A stretch of DNA of 20,000 nucleotides from Rhizaria sp. SCN 62-66 (lineage: Eukaryota). The notes under the pieces are model-generated. The model made no database searches and had not been told where the DNA came from. It saw only the letters and a program-made list of their open reading frames with translations. How positions within the stretch are numbered: the stretch's first letter is position 1; each line of letters opens with the position of its first letter. This document shows positions 11,111-20,000 of the stretch, piece after piece. The DNA lies in assembly GCA_001724265.1 (NCBI GenBank), contig MEDY01000284.1, positions 57,948 to 77,947 on the forward strand. Direction: 5' to 3'. A program made the position numbers and the translations under genes.

Positions 11111-13702
11111 GCCGCCGTCTAGGCTGTCATCGAGGCCGCCATCAACGCCTGCCAATGTTTACTCCCCGGTTTCGTCTTTCATAATTTCCGCAACATATGC
11201 GCTGTGTGTGAACATGAGCTTCTTGTGTCGTAGCTCATATAACAACATGACCCTCTATCTCTTCTAACCAATCACTCCAGAATAACAACGATATCTTTTG
11301 ATTGCCGTCTTTTTCCTTTCTCTTCTGCATGTTCTGTTTATGTGCTCTTTGATACTGTTTACTTTGTTTCATATTTTTCGTCGTCTTCATAGCGATTACA
11401 GTTTACCCAGTTGGAACTTTTCTTGCGCTTTTTGCTTTAAAGAGCAACAGCGCGTTACTTCTGTCTGGTCTGCTTTTGCTTGCCTTCTATATTTTCTTTG
11501 ACCCCTCAATCCCTCACCCCTTATTTATGCGTTTACGCTCCCTGTTTCCGTCTCCTATTTCTCAATCATCATTTCTCATCATCATGTAACAACCGCCGCT
11601 GTCACTGTGTCTAACTCTCATCGTAGCTGTCACTGCAACAGTAATAACGATAATCTTCTTATCCATAGCAAACGTCACATGCTCTTGTGGTCAAAACCCA
11701 TTCACTACATGCGACTTTCTTTGGATATCTCTGTACAAACCCAAACAAAACCCAAACGCAGTCACAGTTTTTGTCACTGGCACAGTCACAGCCACTAGGC
11801 TGGTCAGTTCCATCAACCCTATCGACTTGTTACCCTTTGTCACACACCCAATTTCGTTTCGTTACGCATTTCGTCTCGTTTCGTACCGTCGATTCATTCC
11901 ACACCAAAAATCACATCGCTCCCACTCTGTTCAGCTGAATCGTTCATCGATCACCAAACGTCCAGCCAGTGCACACACGCTTCTTGCCGCATCACACTGC
12001 GCCTTCTCTTGTTCTTGTGTACATGTATCAACAAACTTCTGAACCCGACCGCTCGCCTGGCTTCGCTGTCGCTCCCGTGTGCTTTGTTGTGTTCCGATGT
12101 GGTCTGCTGCTTGCGCGGCGAGACGCGTGCTGTGTCTTATAACTTTGTTTTTGTATTGTTTCTTCTCCTTCCCATTTTGTCTCTGTTTAGCTTAACTGTT
12201 TTCTTGCATCGTCCCCCACCAACGCACGCCTCTTCACCTCGGCTCGGTCATTGCGCCTCTGGCGCACTGCCCTGATTCAGACTCAGATTTCTGGACTATG
12301 ATTTCGTTTTACTCTCTCACAAATGTCTCTAGACAATTCAACACACTTCATAATGTTTTAATCTATTTTATTTTCATTTTTTTCTTCTTCAGCTCTTTTG
12401 ATGTCACACACGCACACACACAACAAACGTCTTGTGTACGACCAGCTCGCCTCTTTTCTTTTTATGTTCATTGACATTCATATGTTTTATTGTTTGTTGT
12501 TCTTTTAAGTTTGTTTTAATGGCGTTGAACTCGATTATACTCGCAACCTTAACACACGGCACCGCATCGCGCCGCACACCGTCACACATGTCCGCACGTG
12601 CTTTGTGACTGGCCTGCGCGCGCTGCCGCCATTCTTTCGCACTAGCCACTCGGCCACTACCCATGCTGTGCTGTTTCTGCACGTTTTCTGCGTTTTCTGT
12701 TCGCGTTGCCACGCTGCTTTCGCTGCCAGCATGCTCCAGCTTTCACTTCGCTTAATTTGTCATATTTTGAAGTTTTTTCTTTTTCCTTCTTTGTCGCTGT
12801 ATCTTTGTCCACTCTGCTTCTCACAAGCAGACTGCACATATACAATGTATCACCATCTCGTGTGGTCTCGTGTCGTCTCGCTATCTCTCCCCCATAGTCT
12901 CGATCTGATTTTCTCTTTCTCTCTCGCTGCTTCTTTCTCCCCGTGTCTCTCTGTTCCCATATCTTTGTTTCTCCAGTCTCCCCGCATGCATGTATTTGTC
13001 CCGTGTCTTGGTTTCTCCACACGATACGCTGTACACTGCAATAAACACTGTACGTGCGCGTGCGTGCGCTCACTCGCGCACGCACCCGCCCGCGCCCGCG
13101 CGTCGCCGTGTCCGCGCGCTGGCCGGCCAGTCTGCTCTGTTCTCGCTGCGTGAGTCGCAGGAGGGAGACTGCGCCGGCCCGCACGCACAACAAACACAGC
13201 ACGGCACACGCGTGTCTCGGTCCGCTCCGCTTTCGCTGTCTGCTGAATGCAGCGCGGCGGCGGAGCGGGCCGCTGCTGGGAGTGGTCTAGAGCCGCGTTC
13301 ATGCTCGCATGCACGCTCACAATCGCGTCAACACGTATTATTAAGACATGCGGAGTGTGTTGGCACATGTAGATTGATATGATTGCACCCCGACTTCGTT
13401 ATCTTCACACCGTCATTACTACCTATCCTCCTCCAAAACTCTCAAACTTATAATCCCAACAACGGTAAACTAATAATTAAAATACAACCTCAGCGTTATT
13501 CATCAATCAATCTTTAATTCAAAGTGCCTCCAGTGATCATGATCTAATCAGCGTCTTTGTATTGGTTGATTCTATTTCATTTTAGTCATTGATTCTGACT
13601 CGATTTAACCCCCATGTCATAAATGCTGTTCTATATCAACTTATCGCTGTCAGTGACAGCCGACAGCAGTCACTGCTATCACGATTGCAGTGCTACAGGA
13701 GC

Positions 13703-16700
13703 TCACCGCGGCGACTGCTCACTGCCGCTGCCGATGCTGTTGCCCGTGCCACGGCTGCCCATATCGCTATCCCTGCTGCCGCGCCGCAGCACCGACGCCC
13801 ACGATGTCGCAGGGCCAGCGTCGCCGCCGACACTCGCGCTTACACTGTCACACGCGCTCTCACTCTCGTCCTCGCGATCAGTGGCGTCGTCACTATCACT
13901 CTCGTTGTCGCTGTCCTGCGCACTACCACCGGTACTAAGCAGCGCGGATACGGCTTGATAGGCCACACTTGCCGCGACAGAGTCATAACTGTCGCCGTTG
14001 CTGCGCCCTAACACAGTGGTCGCGGCGCGGCTGCGTGTATTGATGTCGGCACTATCGCTGAAGGCGTTCTCTGCTTGCTTACCTGCGCTGGTGCAGAACT
14101 CGGCCAGTGACGGCACTGGCTAAAGTGACTGATGCGGCCTCGCATGGCCGGACTCCTTTGCCTGCACCTGTGTTAGTATGGGTTGTTGCGCTTGCGTCTG
14201 CGACCGCGACTGCGAGCTTGGTGTGAGCGTTAGCGTGATGACAGAGAACGCATCAGCACCCACGTCTCTCTGCGGGTTTGCGCTCTCCCGGATTCTTGTC
14301 GCTGTAGCGCCAAGTCCCCCCATGGCAGCGTTCACAGCAGCATCATCATTGCTGCCACTACCGTTGCGCTCACTATAGTCGCTGTGATGTGCGTTTTGGC
14401 GGTGCGCATTGGCGCTGACAGGCGGCGGCGTCACCAAAAATGGACTCGGCGTCGGCTCTAGCCCAGCGCTGGCGGTGCCCCGCTCTGCTCCACTGAGTCC
14501 TGCCGCAACGCTGGCCAGTCCGGCCTTAGCACTGCTCGCTGCGGTCACGACGGCCAGCCCGCGGCCCTGCGCGCGCATGCGCTGCAACGCCGCGCGCACA
14601 GGCGTTTGCGCCGTGTTGGCACCCGTGCCCACAAGTACGGCGGTGCTGGAGTCAAGCGCAAGCGCCAGCGCTGGCGGCGGCGCGGGCCCAGTCGTTGAGA
14701 CGTGTAGAGGTGGAGTGCCAGCGCCGCTGACGTTACTTAGCGCACGAGCCAGCGGCGGCAGGCGCGCTAGCGGTGGCGGCAACGGCACCTGCGGCGTTCC
14801 AGGGCGCTGCGGGAGCGCTTGCGGTGCTGGCTGCGTCCCGCTAGCAACCAATGCAGGCGAGCCCGGGACATGCAGCGACTGCGACTGGGACAGCAACGAC
14901 TGCGAGAGCGGTGACGTGAGCGTCGGCACAGGCGGCGGCGCGAGCGGCGGGAGCCAGTGATCATGGGCCGCTGCAGGTGGCAATAGCGTGGCAACGTTTT
15001 CTAGTGACGCCGATGGGGTTACAACGCCCACTGTTGCTGTAGCGCCGTTGTGGGCAGCTGCCATGGGCTGGTGCTGAGCAGCAATGTCAACGGCTGCAGA
15101 GGAGTAATCAAGCGCAGCCGTCGCCACTCCGGAGTTTTCGAGGCACTCGATCGTGGTCTCCGTGTCACGATTCGCAGCAACGGCTGCAGTGGATTTTATT
15201 GGGGACTGGGGCACCTAGATCTCAACGCGTCTATCTCTGGGACATGTCGCTGTGACGCCGTCCGCCAAGTCGTGCTTGCCGTCACCAGCATCAGTGCAGT
15301 TTGTAGCGGCCTTCTTACTCGAGTTGGCAGCGGGACTCGTGACGTCCGCGCTTGAGCTGCTACTATGACTGCTGCTTACCATGATCCATGCACCGGAGCT
15401 TGCCAACATGCTACCGCTTTTGCTGGCGCTGCTAGTGCCATTGTCGCTTTTAGCAGTAGCAACAACAGGACTGCTAATGCTTGCGTAACTGCCGCGGTTG
15501 TTGGCGTTGTTTCCTCCGGACCAATGTACTCCAGGGCTGCTTGTCGGGGCAACAGTCTAAGTTGCAGCAACGTTGGCGCCGACATCAGCGTTGGCACAAA
15601 CGTGACTTTCCTCCTCGTCGGCCTCAATTGCGACCGGCAGCACGTGCACCCATCCGGCGCTACCACCGTTACTCCCGCAACTGCCCTCAGCACTAGTGTC
15701 TGCCCGCGCAGTACTGGAAGCAGCCGTAAATGCGCCGTCGGAAGCCTTGCTGCCGCGCTGCCTGCCAGACCTTATACCTGCAATTGAGACCGAGGGCAGA
15801 GGCGCCAGCGCAAACGGCGACGCCGCGCCAAACACCGCAGCGTCGCAATTGCGCTCATCTATGCGTTCCACTTCAGGCGCGCGGCGCGGCGCCACAACGT
15901 CTCCCCAGCTCCGGCTGCGTGCGGCGGCCACGTCCACTGCAAGCCACACCGGCGCAGCCCGATAGCTATTGGCTCCGCCGTGCGCGCCGGGACCCTGACC
16001 GTAGCCCCTGTAGTCGTCGTTGCCATTGCCGCTGCTGGCGCGAGTTGACCGGGCAGCCGCGCTGGCGTCGGCGTCGTTGTCGTTGTCGCCATCTGCCTCG
16101 GCGTCATACTCAGCGCCGGACTCGCATCCGCTGCCGTGGCCTGCTGCAGCTGCCGCCGCAGCGGCGGCCGCCGCCGCCGCCGCCGCCGCAGTGACAGGCG
16201 CCGAGCGCGCGACGCGCTTGAGCACGAGCGCGCGCACCGCGGCGCTGCGCAGCGGCGTCGGCAGTCCGGCCGCGCCCCACGCGCCAACAGCCCTTGCACC
16301 GCCGTTGCTTGCGCCAGTAGTAGACTCCCATCCGCGAGGCGCGCGCTGTGCTGAACTCTTTGCATCGTCAGTGTTTCCGTCTGCGTCTGCGTCTGCATCA
16401 ACGTTGGCGGCGGCGGAGCAGGCATCTAAGCACTCGGCTGGCTGGTGGATGCGCAGGGGCCCACGCAGCATCCTAGCAACAAGCGCGGCGAGCGTCACCG
16501 GCAGCCAACGCGCCGCGGCGCCCAGCGCGGCCCTGCGCACGACAGCACGCACCGAGTCGCCCACGGTCACTTCGTCCTGCGAGGCTTCGAGCGCGCGCAC
16601 AATCGCACTGGCCGCGGCCGCGGGCGTCACGGGCCCCGTGCCAAGCGCCGCGCGGCGGGCTAGCGCGCCCGCGCGCAGTCGGGCCGCGGTGGCCACTGCG

Positions 16701-18269
16701 GCCGTCCGCGTGGCGAGACGGGAGAGCAGCGGCGTGCTGGGCGGGGGCGGCGCGGCGGCGGGCGCAGGGGGGTCTGGCGCGAGGCAGGAGCCCAGCAGCG
16801 GCGCGGCAAGCGTGACCACAGTTACACCCGCGTTGCACGCACTTACTGTCGCGTAGAAAGGCTCAAAGGCTCCCTCAGCCGGCGGCGCTGGCACGAGGTC
16901 GATCGGCTCGAGAGTTTTGCTTGAGCTCTGACTTGAAGCAGCGATGCCACTTGACGGGCTTGTCTGCAGCTGCCGCTGCGGCTGAAGAGTAACTGCAACC
17001 GTGCTTAACGCCATCATTGGCACGGTAGCTAACATGCTTGACCCACTGCTTGAGGTTGTCGTGCTAGGGCTTAAGCTTGACTTCAAAGCGCCACTATTTG
17101 TGTTCGCTGTGAGCGAGGGGTCGACCCAGGGCATCTCTGTGCGCACTGCGCGGGCGACAGCAAGCAGCGCAGAGTGCGCGACAATGGCGTCGCCAACGTA
17201 TGCGCCAGCGGCGGCCACGGCTGTGGCGGCGTCCGCGCGGCCCACCGCGGCGGCGAGCGCGTGCGCGTGCGCGTGTGCCTCGAGCAGCACTGGCAGGTTC
17301 GATACGTAGCAGAGCCGACCCTCGCCCTTTTCGCGCATCTCGGGCGCAAACGCGCGCGCCAGCCACAGCGCGCACTCCGCGCCGCGGTCCACAACGGCGC
17401 GCAGCACGTTGGTCGGCGTGTCCTCGAGCGCGGCAAGTCCCGACTGCAGAGGCGCGTGGATCACAGCGTACACAAAGCCGACTTCTTCGATCGCAGCCTG
17501 CGACGCGGCCGCCACTTGCGCGGGGTCTGCGCAGTCCACAACGGACGCAAAGAGCTATGCACTGCGGCCGCGCGACACCGCAGAGGCTTGCAGCTCTGAG
17601 ACAAGCGCGTGCAGCGCGGCCGAGTCACGTGACCAGAGCACCAGGCGCGCGCGGCGGCGCAACAGGCAGCGCGCCAGCGCCACGCCGAGCGGCGACGTCG
17701 CATCCTAAGTGAACAATACAGCACATAAAAAACAGTGTCCACATGAGATAGAGCGCTAGTTTTGAGCTCAAGTTCTAATAAGAACAACATGTATAAGAAA
17801 GTAGAGTAAGTCCAGGAGACGTACAGTTATTAAGACATTCCGTCGATTGAGGGATACGCGCGCAGGATGTTTGCGCGTAAGCAGTGTGTAAACACGCGCG
17901 ATAAAGCGCACAATAACAAAGACCAGGACTGTGCGGAGAACGATGCGGGAGCGCAGGACTCTGATAAGCAACGACAGGGCGTTCGTCACGCGCCTTGAGA
18001 AGGAAGTCAAGAAGATCAGCAGCCAAAGGTATTAGGAAATTCATCTGATTATATGTACCATTATGATCATACGTTGAAACTGCTGTACATTTTCTACTGA
18101 CGTACTGTTTGAGCGCTGCGATGAAGCTGAGAGGCGGGTTTGCCTCGAGGGGTGAGGCGGGAGTGAGCCCAGTAGCGGAGAGAGGGACTTGAATTGAGAA
18201 GAGACCGGACTTGTACAGCATGGCCTGCGTTTCCGACATAGACCGCAGCAGGGCAGTTGATAAGCTCAT
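13703..18269 (-). CDS. Membrane-anchored SDR-fold protein (HSD17B11/RDH10-like architecture, degenerate motifs) with a long disordered tail; exons complement(18269..18106, 17993..17825, 17704..13703); four in-frame TAG codons interpreted as sense
   Basis: Spliced N-terminus: hydrophobic segment, then SLNRRNVLIT/DATSPLGVALARCLLRRRARLVLWSRD...SA*LFASVVDCADPAQV...EEVGFVYAVIH...GRLCYVSN...SALLAVARAVRTEM...GVTVVTLAAP...VTPAAAASAIVRALE, which is the SDR secondary-structure order. Track ORFs 15557..17539, 15215..15409, 14120..15214 and 13703..14116 share one frame and are separated only by TAG. Ends TGA at 13705..13703; the exact 3' end is less certain. Confidence 0.75.
17705..17824 (-). other. Spliceosomal intron (120 nt) in the SDR-like gene
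   Basis: ACT|GTACGT...TTCACTTAG|GAT, phase 0, AT-rich; joins NVLIT to DATSPLG at the Rossmann beta1 loop. Confidence 0.85.
17994..18105 (-). other. Spliceosomal intron (112 nt) in the SDR-like gene
   Basis: CA|GTACGT...CCTAAT...pyrimidine tract...CTCAAG|G, phase 2 on both sides; removes an in-frame TAA. Confidence 0.75.
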
Positions 18270-19550
18270 AGTAGCAGGCTGAGGCGCAACGTTTTGCGCG
18301 AGATATCAATGCTGCTAGCGGTGGCGGAAGTGATAGCAACAAGCTCACCTCTCAATAGTTTGTCTGAGGTTTAGTGCAGGTAGATGCGCGGAGAGAAACG
18401 TTTCGTAAATGAAAAAGTTGGACTACTAAACACTATGCCGGATTACTAAATGGTGAGTCTATTCTACGAATAGATGGGGTACAGCTAACTTAGACAATTC
18501 ATACCATCGTTGGACCCACCAATTGATTCGAGCCAGCTCCACTGCCCCTCCCCGAGCTCACGGTCATCAAAGCCACTATGCAAGCAGCTATATTGGTCCT
18601 GAACATAGTGCTAGCAAACGTTACTTGTTTTAACATTCAATTCACTGTCACAGATGTGCATTTGTATCTTTAAAGTGTTCGACACACAATAAATCAGTAA
18701 ACTTCAAGTCGTTGTTTAAGTTCAGAGTCACGAACTCAATGACTCTACGGGGTAAAAAATCGCACCACATAAAGCGATGCCTTATAAATACGCGTACCAC
18801 ATAAGAGAATGCAACATTAGCATCAATAATATCGATGCCATGCTCATGGACAGCTTGACAGGGGTTGATTACGAGCTACTATAGATGATCGAGATCACAT
18901 CAACCAGTGCGAATCACAGCAAGGGCGGCTTATATGACAACAAATTCTTTTAACGACATAGAAATCGACATATATTATATGAAACTAGCTTAACCTTAGC
19001 TCATGGTCGCTATAAAGGCAGCATATTTCTAAGTAAAGTGTCGTCTACCCCGAAAGTCCGCCTCCTTGAAGGAGCACAATCCATTCTATCGGACAATTAA
19101 AGAGAGATTGTGTCTGAAAGCAAATGCAAGTAACAAAAAAGATATAATACAATATACCTACTGCAATATACTAATTTGATCCCATTTATGTGATGTGATA
19201 TGCGTGTATTCAATGAGATTTTGTAGACGAGAGAACGGTTCCGAAAAAAGGAACAGCAAGCCAGGTTTTTGCGGGGGTCGAGCCAAGCAACTCTGATTTT
19301 CATGGTTTCTTTCATATTTCATCGCTGTTTGAGCGTCAATCATAGTTATCGTGATTCAAGACATCAGTTTGTCTATTTACTTTTTTTGGTGCTGGATATC
19401 ATTCAGAAGAGATCCTGCATTTTGCGTTCGGAACAACCACAGTGGACTCGTCGTCCTCTGCGGCGAAACCTGCTGCCACTTCTACTTCCGGCGCTCATTT
19501 CTTACATTTGATCTTTGATTTCTGTACATTTCTGGCCACACACAGACCCC
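18270..19550. promoter_or_regulatory. AT-rich divergent intergenic region between the SDR-like gene and aconitase
   Basis: About 1.3 kb low-GC, no credible ORF, between oppositely oriented starts. Confidence 0.4.
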
Positions 19551-20000
19551 ATGTTCCGTGCTACCGTTCGTGGTGCCCGTGCTGTCGGGAGCGCTCGCTC
19601 CTTCTCGACCAAGGTCCCCCTCTCCGTCCATGAGCCCACCTCGTACGTCCAGTACGACAAGATGGCCGAGAAGCTCGAGACGGTCAAGAAGCTCATGAAT
19701 CGCCCCCTGACGTACGCCGAGAAGGTTGTCTACGGCCACCTTGACAACCCCGCCGACGCCGCGACCATCAAGCGCGGCGAGTCGTACCTCAAGCTGCGCC
19801 CTGACCGCGTGGCGATGCAGGACGCGACCGCGCAGATGGCCGTGCTCCAGTTCATCTCCTCCGGCCTGCCCCAGACGGCCGTGCCCACCACGATCCACTG
19901 CGACCACCTTATCGAGGCCAAGGTTGAGGGCAAGACTGACCTCGACGTCGCCAAGGACAAGAACAAGGAGGTCTACGACTTCCTCGCCTCCGCTGGTGCC
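19551..20000 (+). CDS. ACO2: Mitochondrial aconitate hydratase, 5' part (runs off the window; absent from the ORF track)
   Basis: Translates [21 protein letters not shown] (Arg-rich, acid-free presequence)...[18 protein letters not shown]...[51 protein letters not shown]...[13 protein letters not shown], the mitochondrial aconitase signature. Confidence 0.97.
   Translation, partial: MFRATVRGARAVGSARSFSTKVPLSVHEPTSYVQYDKMAEKLETVKKLMNRPLTYAEKVVYGHLDNPADAATIKRGESYLKLRPDRVAMQDATAQMAVLQFISSGLPQTAVPTTIHCDHLIEAKVEGKTDLDVAKDKNKEVYDFLASAGA

Noticed and set aside
13703-13705. TGA as selenocysteine or also reassigned
   Set aside because: Further TGA stops follow within a few codons and coding character fades; no SECIS evident.
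14120-15559. The three distal TAGs as 3' splice acceptors
   Set aside because: No upstream GTACG donor, AT-rich intron body or pyrimidine tract, and the upstream sequence is open in the same frame.
13703-17539. Four separate minus-strand genes, as split by the ORF track
   Set aside because: All share one frame and are separated only by single TAG codons, with no intergenic or intron-like sequence; three begin at GTG rather than ATG.
18440-18560. Possible tRNA (GATTCGAGCC T-loop-like motif; TCTATTC/GAATAGA hairpin), looked at as a candidate CUA suppressor
   Set aside because: No cloverleaf could be built; acceptor, D and T stems are missing.
19482-19966. Minus-strand ORFs at the right edge
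   Set aside because: Antisense to aconitase.

Overview
Nuclear DNA from a compact, intron-containing eukaryotic genome, probably a protist, with GC-rich coding exons and AT-richer introns of about 110-205 nt. Five protein genes can be assembled by hand: (1) a formin (FH1+FH2) on the minus strand running off the left edge; (2) the ribosome biogenesis KH protein PNO1/Dim2; (3) a ~1736-aa low-complexity protein of unknown function; (4) a ~1444-codon minus-strand gene with an N-terminal membrane anchor, a degenerate short-chain dehydrogenase/reductase (SDR) fold and a long disordered tail; (5) the 5' part of mitochondrial aconitase at the right edge. Main finding: the 4-kb last exon of gene 4 is one reading frame interrupted by four in-frame TAG codons and no TAA or TGA. 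One TAG lies inside the SDR fold, and the three complete genes end in TAA, TAA and TGA. This points to a nuclear genetic code in which UAG alone is a sense codon, most plausibly Gln. All six inferred introns start GTACG. Most other ORFs in the track are antisense or alternative-frame shadows of GC-rich coding sequence. Family assignments come from motif recognition by eye, not database searches.
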